From Schmidtea nova (taxonomy: Eukaryota): a DNA stretch of 64,000 bases. Positions 14,369 to 23,400 of the stretch are shown here, piece after piece; position 1 is the stretch's first letter, and each line of letters begins with the position of its first letter. The position numbers were made by a program, and so were the translations under genes. The DNA is taken from assembly GCA_044892505.1 (NCBI GenBank), contig CM097884.1:79546001-79610000 (forward strand), read 5' to 3'. The notes below the pieces were generated by a model. It was not told the DNA's origin, did not search any database, and saw only the letters and a list, made by a program, of their open reading frames with translations.

Positions 14369-14869
14369 ATGAAATCAACGATACTGGATGAATTTCTAAC
14401 AACCCAACGTCGTGTGGCACGGGACGAAAATCCTCAAATCCGGACGCAACAGAAGAAATTGAAGCCGCTTCCACAGGAACTTCTCAGAACGCTAAATGCA
14501 TTGATGTATAAATGGAGACGGGAACTAGGAAAGAAATGTCCATTTTCGATTTGGGCCGGTGGATTAGATACCATCATATATCGTGGAGGCCCCGGATGGG
14601 AAATTCAGGACGAAAGAGACCGGGAGACGACAGCTCTGTTCATCATAGTGGTGACAGACAGTGAAGGAAATCCAACGACAGTGATCCATTGGGGATATGT
14701 CTCACCGCTCAAGTTGCTTCAATTCGGGTTGATTCCGAATCACCTACCGAAAACGTGCCATGGACGCCCCAAACTAAACTATTCGATGGCTCACATCCGA
14801 CGAGATCCAGTCAATCACGGATTGCATATTACCCCCGTTCACGGCCTCAAGCGAAGCGTTTTTTACTAA
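14369..14869 (+). CDS. LTR-encoded ORF-A, 166 aa, unknown function
   Basis: ATG directly after a pyrimidine-rich AG (TTTTCTCAG). GC-richer than its flanks and open in both LTRs. Confidence 0.65.
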   Translation: MKSTILDEFLTTQRRVARDENPQIRTQQKKLKPLPQELLRTLNALMYKWRRELGKKCPFSIWAGGLDTIIYRGGPGWEIQDERDRETTALFIIVVTDSEGNPTTVIHWGYVSPLKLLQFGLIPNHLPKTCHGRPKLNYSMAHIRRDPVNHGLHITPVHGLKRSVFY

Positions 14870-15052
14870 ACATTATATTCACATTTTTATGAACTAAACT
14901 ATTTCCATAAATTAAATGGTATTGATCTGTGTTTTGTTTGTTCTTAGTTAAATTTATTTCTATTTATTTAATCATATAATTTTTTACTCGACGGATAATA
15001 TTAATCATTGGTAACATAATTGCTGCATCATAAAATGGGTTTGTTATTTAGT

Positions 15053-15643
15053 ATGACGGAAACTAGCCAACAGCGGGAATTGGATAAGGCGTGGAGAATC
15101 CGCCGAGCCTTAGAAAAGGAGCTAAATCAGGAAAAAGCATTACGAGCCAAGGCAGAAGCTCAGATTCAGTATTTACGGACCAGCTGGTTCGCCCCAGCCC
15201 GTATGAAGGAGCAGATGAGTCGGACAGAAAGGGCTCAAAAGACAGCTGACGATTATCGCACCGAATGGGAGGCCACAAAAATTGAGTTGCGCCGATGTCT
15301 CCATTCGGTGACGACCTCATTTATCGAGTCCGAATTGAAAGCACAAATCCGACCCATCACCTACCAGAAATGGGTAGGAGAACAGAAAGTGGCCTGCTCG
15401 GTCAGTACGGACACCGATGGGCTCGAGGCAACCACAGTGCAGAGTCGGGTGGAAACCACCACTGTACCAAACCCCGTCGGGAAAACGACCAAGCGAAAGC
15501 GAATCGGTTCCAAGCGCCGTCGCCAAAGAAAGCTGTTTTCTCAACAGTTGCAGACACAAGTAACCACTATGGCAGAAATGTCGGAAACCGAGTGGTTAGC
15601 AGAGATGTTCCCTCCTGAAGGAATTTTCAAAGAATTTCTGTAA
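15053..15643 (+). CDS. LTR-encoded ORF-B, coiled coil plus Arg/Lys-rich motif (KRKRIGSKRRRQRK), ~196 aa
   Basis: ATG at 15053 follows TTATTTAG. Heptad-like N-terminal half, basic NLS/ARM-like segment, acidic-hydrophobic C-terminus. Open in both LTRs. Confidence 0.65.
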   Translation: MTETSQQRELDKAWRIRRALEKELNQEKALRAKAEAQIQYLRTSWFAPARMKEQMSRTERAQKTADDYRTEWEATKIELRRCLHSVTTSFIESELKAQIRPITYQKWVGEQKVACSVSTDTDGLEATTVQSRVETTTVPNPVGKTTKRKRIGSKRRRQRKLFSQQLQTQVTTMAEMSETEWLAEMFPPEGIFKEFL

Positions 15644-16129
15644 CAGATAGAATACGATGTCAGATTTTGGAGTTAATTAAATCTTTGCTCGTTTTTGTTT
15701 TTGTTGTTGTTATTTCCTAAGTATTTCCTTCGATTACCTAATTCATATAATTAAATTACCCGTCACACAACGAAAGGAGTAGCGATAAAGTACTTAAATA
15801 TTATCAAATTCGTAGTTTCGTTTTGCTTGTTTGTTTTTTTTTTTGTTTTTACGATAAATACATAACCTCACACACACAATAGAACAATAATTGCGTAAGT
15901 CCTTCTACGGCCGCGTGAACCCGTAAGCATAAAGGGGGAGTAGTCCTAGCAATAGTGCTCACCTGCCCCTCATTGCTTAACCACCCTGCGCATCACCAAC
16001 TTGGTTATCAAGGGAAATAATCAAGGGCGCTCGAGTGTAGCTTACGACTATTTATGCATGATCATGGATGGGAGATCCCTAGCAATCATTAGAATTTTTA
16101 CCAAACCGTCCATGAACCCAGCATAAATT

Positions 16130-16147
16130 TGGGGGCTCAGCCGGGAT
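16130..16147 (+). promoter_or_regulatory. Primer binding site, tRNA-Pro
   Basis: TGGGGGCTCAGCCGGGAT starts 6 nt after the LTR end and matches the known tRNA-Pro PBS TGGGGGCTCGTCCGGGAT at 16/18 positions. Confidence 0.88.
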
Positions 16148-16497
16148 CAACTTCGTTTTATCGGAAAAATGTGAATGCAAAATCTGCAGAGAAGTTTAAA
16201 GTGCTCGTGTCGTGTGAATAAATTTAATAAAAACAGAAAATTTGTAATTAAATCTGATTATGTACAAAAATAAACAACAAACACAACAGCAAATAAAAGT
16301 AAAGTTATAAAAATCGAATGCATGCATAAATAATTTGTCGGGACGACAATTTTCGGAAACACGGGGAGAGTAAATAAATACTAAAAGATGCAAAACGAAA
16401 CATATTACCACGTTAAATATTAAAAGACAGAAAACGAGACATATTACTACTTTAAAATGATAAAACAACAAAGTTAAAACTATTATTTATTCAGCAA

Positions 16498-16959
16498 ATG
16501 GAGGAAAAACTGAAAGAAATCGAAGAATTTCTCAACACAGAAAACGAAACATTAGCAACAATTGGCAAGAAAATAAACCGATTTAGGGAAATTGAATTTC
16601 AAGAACCCACAACACAGACCGAGGAAACAGATGAATTAATAAAGATAACAGAAAGAACAAGTAAAATCGACATAAAAACCCGCTACAAATGGTACCGAGC
16701 ACGACTAGAGAATGCGGAGCTAAACATTAGATGCAGACAAATAGAACAACAATTAACCCCAACATACAATCGATGGAGGGCGCAAGGGGTAGAAGCAGCG
16801 AAAAAATACCGACAGTGCTATATATGTGAAAACAACGAGATACAAATTATGTTTTTACCTTGCGGACATTTCCGTTTTTGTAAGATCTGTGCCAGCAAGT
16901 GTGACCGATGTCCGATGTGCAACTTTACTGTGAATGAAAAAATTATAGTTTATTTGTAA
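16498..16959 (+). CDS. Coiled coil plus C-terminal IAP-type RING finger (putative E3 ligase), no BIR domain
   Basis: CYIC...IMFLPCGH..CKIC.....CPMC near the C-terminus, the IAP/MDM2-like RING pattern. Confidence 0.85.
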   Translation: MEEKLKEIEEFLNTENETLATIGKKINRFREIEFQEPTTQTEETDELIKITERTSKIDIKTRYKWYRARLENAELNIRCRQIEQQLTPTYNRWRAQGVEAAKKYRQCYICENNEIQIMFLPCGHFRFCKICASKCDRCPMCNFTVNEKIIVYL

Positions 16960-17431
16960 TAAATGTTTAGAGTTGATTAGTAAAATGTCGAATGGTGAAT
17001 CATGGGAACAATCATTGTATTTAAATAATTTTTGAGCTACTACAAGGTAGTCCGGTAAGAATCCACTGGGAGGCACCGATTGATCAACCCATTCAGAGCA
17101 TATAGAAAGGGGCCCATCGCAAATGTTGGAAAGTTTTTGTGATGTGATTGATCACCACATCCTGCATTAATAGACCAATGCGATCTTTTTGTATATTGTG
17201 GTTGGGGAGAGAGATAGGGAAATCTTGATGGAGTAAAGCGCGCATAAGAAAATAAATAAAAAGTTAAAGCAGACTGATCAGGAAATAGTTATGATAGAAT
17301 AGAGAGATAAATGACATTTTGAAAGAATAAAAGGTGCATAGTCAGCTCGCATAGAAGTAGTTATAACTCAGCTGAGAAATTTAAGTCGCTAGCGAAGTTA
17401 GGAATTGTGATTAACCGGTTAAGTAAAGTTA

Positions 17432-17637
17432 TAGGAGATTTGTCCCTTGAAACAAAGGGTTAGGAGATTTGTCCCTTGAAACAAAGGGTTAGGAGATTTG
17501 TCCCTTGAAACAAAGGGTTAGGAGATTTGTCCCTTCAAACAAAGGGTTAGGAGATTTGTCCCTTGAAACAAAGGGTTATTAGAGTTGTCCCTTGAAACAA
17601 AGGGTTATTAGCGGTTTGTCCCTTGAAAAAAAGGGTT
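17432..17637 (+). repeat. Tandem array, ~7 x 29 bp, each unit with a CCCTT-GAAACA-AAGGG hairpin
   Basis: Unit TAGGAGATTTGTCCCTTGAAACAAAGGGT read directly. Confidence 0.95.
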
Positions 17638-17679
17638 GAGGCCAACGAGCCTTATTGAATGACCTAGCTAGGCATTATG

Positions 17680-17933
17680 GAGAGATTAAATTGAGGCCAA
17701 TAGAGCCATTTGAGAGATTAAATTGAGGCCAATAGAGCCATTTGAGAGATTAAATTGAGGCCAATAGAGCCAATTGAGATATTAAATTGAGGCCAATAGA
17801 GCCAATTGAGATATTAAATTGAGGCCAATAGAGCCAATTGAGATATTAAATTGAGGCCAATAGAGCCAATTGAGATATTAAATTAAGGCCAATAGAGCCA
17901 TGTGAGATATAAAATTGAGGCCAAAGGAGCCAT
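17680..17933 (+). repeat. Tandem array, ~8 x 32 bp, rich in CCAAT
   Basis: Unit GAGA(G/T)ATTAAATTGAGGCCAATAGAGCCA(A/T)TT read directly. Confidence 0.95.
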
Positions 17934-18542
17934 AGTGGATTATAGAGATATCCGGATAAATAGTAACAGAGGGAATATAGACCCATAGTGTAATCGTCGA
18001 CGAGATTTAGAGTAGTGCGCACTAGTAGTTAAGAGAATGCGAGTAAGCTGATTATGCAACCTTAAGTAAAGCATGCAAGGAGAATAGAAAAAATTTGAGC
18101 TGACCGGAAAAACCGGCTGACTAGGTAAAACGATAGCTAGCAATGAGTAATGAATAGAGATGATAAAATAATGATAAACGAGTCAGAAAGACTCAGGGAA
18201 TTAGAGCGCTCGAGCGACCAATAAATTGGGAAACTGTGGGAAAAGTAATTGATTTGATAAAACATAGATAATTATTACGACCTAAATAGATAATTGTGAC
18301 CAGTCTATAGATAATTTAAATAGACTAAAAATAAAGGGGAATCTGGGAATGGGAAATAATGAAAACCCAGTAATAAGTAATCCCGAAAGAAAGGGAATAA
18401 AAGCGCGACGATAACAATAATGTATCGTTGAGGACCTTTGTATTTTAGATATACAAATCAATCAAATCAATCAATCAAGCAAGAAGAATCAGAACACGAT
18501 AAGAGATAGGACAAGAAAATTGAGTATACAAAAGTAATCCCC

Positions 18543-20426
18543 TTGAGAAAAGGAGCAAAGAGTGTAGTAGTAAAGCCAACGGAAAAGAAAGTCGGTAGCA
18601 ACATTAACAAAAAAGACAAAACTAGTACTACAACAAAATCAACAAAAAAGCAGAAAGCCGGCAAAGATAACCCACAAGGGAGTAAATCGAGGAAAATAAT
18701 AAGAGATAAATCGATTACCGAAAACGATAAATTGTCAATAGTAAGCAACAGCTCAAGTAACAAAGAAAACCAAGCCAAACCCAAGGAGAACCAAGCAAGT
18801 GAAATAGAGAGCGACGAAACTAACAACGATAATATCGAAGAAATAGAACACGAGATAGAACAAGAAGGAGAAATCGACGAAACTAACAACGATAATATCG
18901 AAGAAGTAGAAAACGAGGTAGAACCAGAGATAGAAATCAACGCGAGTGATAACGAAAGTATAATATCAGATAACGAAGGAATAAGAGAAACAGAAAGCGA
19001 TTCAAGCTCGAGTAAAACGGAAGACGAACATAACAACGAACTAGAAACAAGAGGAAACGAAAGTAAAATAACTCAAGACAGCGGAATTGAAATGGGTGAA
19101 CCAAGAGAAGAAATAAAGGATAAATTTTCAGGAGAACCGTTTAACGGAGATGCGAGTAAATTAGAAACCTTTTTAAAGGAATTTGGCATATTCGTGGAAG
19201 TATGCAAGTGGAAAGCGGAAACAACAGTAAGCAGAATTCAGTTATATTTGAAAGATAGTGCATTGGACCTATATTTGGAAGCGAAAAATGGTACCAATCC
19301 ACCTACAAGCTGGTCAGCGATCAAGGATTTTTTCCAACAAACATTTGGAATAAATAAAGTGCTAAGCGAGGCATTCATAGAATTTTCAATGAGGAAACAA
19401 AAGATGAATGAATCTAATGCGGTATACGCGAGCGAACTGAAAAAATTAGCAAAATCGGTATTCAAGGATGGGGGTTCAATAAACGAGGAATTAATGGCAG
19501 CCATCTTCATAGGAGGATTAAGAAGACCCGACATAAGAGCGCAAGTTGGATGCCAAGGATGCCAAACCATAGACCAAGCGTTAGAGACAGCTAACCGATT
19601 TGAATTGCATATGATAGGAAGTGAGGGCAGAATTTATTTAGCCATGGACAGAGCACAAACCGAACCAGAAGTAAATCTCAACAATCACATTCCAAATTCG
19701 CAACAATTAAACCGACCACCCCCTCAACGAAGGAACGAAGGAAATAAAGTGCAAAACTTTAGAAACCAAAACAATTACAATCCTCAAGGACAAACAAAAC
19801 AATGTAAAACATGTGGAAAATTGGGACATTGGCAGCAAGAATGCTATCAAAATTTGAATTGCGGAAAATGTGGAGTTAAAGGACACTCGGAGAGTAGATG
19901 TTCTACGATAATCTGTTTTAATTGCGGACGACCTGGTCACTACTCAAGGAATTGCGGACAAAAAGGTAATCAACGAGGAAATTGGCAGAACAACGGAAAC
20001 CGACCAAATTACGGAAATCAAACAAATACTGCAAATCGACAAGATTATGGAAACCAACAAGCCAATAATAACAATAATCAGAACAAAACTACCACCAAAG
20101 AAATACATTTGATGCAAGAAGTTCAAAGATTGACGGAACTTATAAACAATACGACGAGAGGGAACCCGCAAACCAATCAACAGCAAATTAGCATGATGAG
20201 AAAAATAGAAAACGAAAACGAACGATTGAATCGAGAAAGTCAAGCACGACACGCTCAGGAATGGGCAAGAATACAAAGAGAAGATGAACAAAAACAGAAA
20301 GAAAGAGAACGACAACCTCTAAGAATTAACATGATGAGAGTAACAAAGCAAACAGATAACCACGAGAAAGAAACCACACCGGAAATAAATTCGATAGACC
20401 CGAATCCAGCCGACAACGAAAGTTGA
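18543..20426 (+). CDS. gag: Gag: capsid-like domain, three CCHC zinc knuckles, Q/N-rich regions. First in-frame ATG at 19092.
   Basis: PFNGD...FL..F and Q...ES...Y...L capsid motifs. Three CX2CX4HX4C knuckles at 19803-19955. Start codon uncertain. Confidence 0.92.
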   Translation: MRKGAKSVVVKPTEKKVGSNINKKDKTSTTTKSTKKQKAGKDNPQGSKSRKIIRDKSITENDKLSIVSNSSSNKENQAKPKENQASEIESDETNNDNIEEIEHEIEQEGEIDETNNDNIEEVENEVEPEIEINASDNESIISDNEGIRETESDSSSSKTEDEHNNELETRGNESKITQDSGIEMGEPREEIKDKFSGEPFNGDASKLETFLKEFGIFVEVCKWKAETTVSRIQLYLKDSALDLYLEAKNGTNPPTSWSAIKDFFQQTFGINKVLSEAFIEFSMRKQKMNESNAVYASELKKLAKSVFKDGGSINEELMAAIFIGGLRRPDIRAQVGCQGCQTIDQALETANRFELHMIGSEGRIYLAMDRAQTEPEVNLNNHIPNSQQLNRPPPQRRNEGNKVQNFRNQNNYNPQGQTKQCKTCGKLGHWQQECYQNLNCGKCGVKGHSESRCSTIICFNCGRPGHYSRNCGQKGNQRGNWQNNGNRPNYGNQTNTANRQDYGNQQANNNNNQNKTTTKEIHLMQEVQRLTELINNTTRGNPQTNQQQISMMRKIENENERLNRESQARHAQEWARIQREDEQKQKERERQPLRINMMRVTKQTDNHEKETTPEINSIDPNPADNES

Positions 20427-20477
20427 AAAGAGTTAGTACAAAAAGATGAGGAAGTAAGAAAAGAAGCAGAAAAGGAA

Positions 20478-23400
20478 GTGGAAACTGAGATAAACCGAGG
20501 AGAGAGGAAGGAGATTTGGAAAAGAGGAATGATGGTAATCATGCCCAACAAATCCGTGTTTAGATTCCAGTATAACGTAAAAGAAGAAGTGAGAATATTA
20601 TTCAACAAAGTAAACCAGATGGTTCCAGGAGTAACGAAACTGCCCAGAGAAGCGTTCCTACAAATAGAAGGTGCGCCAAAAGTAAAGTTGGAAGTAACGG
20701 ATATATGGGAAAACATGGGAGTAGTAGAAACAAAAAGAAACGTGATGATTATTAAAGAAATAGAACCAGAAGAAATTCCACCACCAGTGCGTCACGAAAC
20801 CCGAATCAGCCGAATATTTAAAGGAAAAATGATAAGAAGACGGTTGAAAGAAATAGACGAGTTAGAGAAGAAAATGAGAAAAGTCGAAGTAATAGAGGAC
20901 AAGAGTGAACCAACACCGGAGATTGACAAAAACGAACCAGAACTAACGGAGAATATACAATGGGAAACGAACCAAATAGCACATATTAATATGTTAAGAA
21001 ATACCACCAGAGAGTTTTCCGATGAGGAAGAAGATAGTGACATCAGTAGCCTAGCAGGAGACCTATTAAACGAATCCGAAGACGAAAATAAAGAGAGAGA
21101 AGTAATAAAGACCTCAGAACCTACACAGATAAAAGTAGATGAAATCCAGAAATTACTAGATAACTCGCTAGAAGTAATATATAACGAAGAGTTCATGGAC
21201 AAGAAACAATATCGGAAATTCATGAAAGTATTATTACAAATGAACTACAAAGAATGGTTACAAGACCGGGAAGTAGACATGTTGAATCGATACGTAGGGA
21301 AATTAATAGAGGAACCACTCCTCAATTACACCATCTCAATAATAATAAACACATCTACACCAAGAATCTGGATTAAAACTCCATTTACAGACGATATCTA
21401 CAGATGGGTAGAGGACAGGCTAGGGAGCTCATATAAAAACAAATTCATTTATTCGCAGAATAGACTCGTAAAGAAAAGAACGCACTTAGTAGAAACAGGT
21501 ATATGGCCAGGAGAAATAACCCTGTTATCAATATGTGACGAAAAAGAAGAAGAGAACCTACAAGAAGTCGCTAAGGAGGCAAACACGTGCTTCGAAAGGA
21601 GAATAAAACCTCGGTTAGAATACGAGAAAGAACGAGTCTTACGAAAGAATCTAAATTCCCTGATAGAACAAATCATACCACAAGTCAAAAAACATAGAAA
21701 GGAGTTAATGAGAAGCGAATACGAGAAATTGAAACGATGTATTGAGTGCATACGTGACACAAGTCACACGAGATGGTCACAAATCTCACACGACAAATTA
21801 ATCGCAAAAATGGGAAAAACGATGTTCAGACAAGGGAAAATAACAGATCTAAAAATTTCAGTGGAACTGCCTAATGAAGACACCAAAGAAATTGAAGTAG
21901 TAGCGGATTGCACCATTAAAGAATTAATAAATGTCATCAACGAGACACTAGTGCAAAGAGAACCAGAAGACGAATGGGAAGACGACATAATCATACAATA
22001 TAACGAACATGTATTATGGGATCACGATGAGAGACGATTATATAAAATCGGTATATGGGATAATCACCAAACCATCCACGTTATCAGAATGGACGATACA
22101 CCCAGAGAAACTGCTAAAGATGAGAAAAGAGAACGGGAACGACGGAAAAAAGTTGTGCGCAAATTACAACAAATAGTAGAAATTTATCGAAATTGGCGAA
22201 CTTGGCCAGAGTGGGAAAATGTATTAGAAAAACTCAACCTCAACAGACGAATACGAACACCCGTAGAGAAACAATGGAACGAGAAAGGAAAATGTTGGGA
22301 ACCAAAAGAAGGGGAATATGAAGAAGAATATGAAAGAGAAATGGAAGATGACTGCAAACCAGAAATGGGAAGGGTTTGCATGGTGACAAGGAAAGCCACG
22401 CCAATAGACCTAGATGGACCAGAAACAGTGGCCATATGGTTAGAAAAGGAAAAGCAAAAAACGGAGGAATTTGTCGAATTATTAAAAACTAATGCGCACG
22501 GTAAGAGAAAAATAATAAAAGGTCTCGCAGATTTTTTCGTGGTTAATGGAGAAGATATAACATGCTTGCGTAAAGTGGCAAAAGCAATCGCAGAATATAA
22601 AAGAGTTAACGAGTGGTGTCCGGAACAACTAGACCACGTAATTAGGAAATGGAGAAATCAAGAATTCTCGCAAGAAATTCCACAAAAAGTACATTTAAGA
22701 ATAATATATCCAAACAAGGATAAGGAAGAGCTTTGGGTAGGAATAGCAGAAAAAATTCGAGATATTAAAAAGAAATTGAGATACGAACCACCGTTCCATT
22801 TACAACACCAAGGACGATCATTAGATAACAGTTTAGAAATTGGAATAACGCCAGCACAACTAGACCTCATGAATACCCTGACAGTGGAAGCAATAGCGGG
22901 GCAACCATTGAAACGCAAAGAAGAAAACCATAAACCACACGGAAGTATAAGTACGCCGAGCCCGATGAAATCAGTACTAACGCCAGGAACAAGTTCAAGA
23001 CGATCTGAGACAACACCCAGAGGGAATAGAGAAATGACTCCACCACAACCATATGACGTGGACGAAATATTAACAGACAGCGACGACATGATAGAAGAAC
23101 TAACCGAATTAACAGAGGAAAAAGACGACAACATTTTCGAAAGAATACAAGAACTACCTACGACAATACAAGCAACCAACCCCGGAGAAACAGAAGTCGA
23201 AGAAGAGATAATAATAGAAGAAATAAACGATTTGGCAGAAGACGAAACGAGAGGAACGAATGTCGAAAATGTACGATTAACACAAGAAATGGAAAGATGG
23301 TTGGAAGAAAGAGCTAACGAACCAAGAGATGTTACGGAAGAAACCGGACGAGCAACAAGATTTGTGGAAACGGGTACAGGAATGGATAGACGACCTCGAG

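Larger units (their letters stand above)
13063..16123 (+). repeat. 5' LTR (3061 bp)
   Basis: Starts TGTTGGG, ends CCCAGCA, and is repeated at offset 26485. Confidence 0.97.

Noticed and set aside
15911-15940. Internal LTR sequence resembling the LTR end plus PBS (TGAACCC..GCATAAA.GGGGG)
   Set aside because: The similarity is too short to support a duplicated end. The true end is fixed by the TSD and by where the two LTRs diverge.
17432-17933. Tandem arrays as a CRISPR array
   Set aside because: The units are contiguous with no unique spacers, there are no cas genes, and the context is a eukaryotic retroelement.
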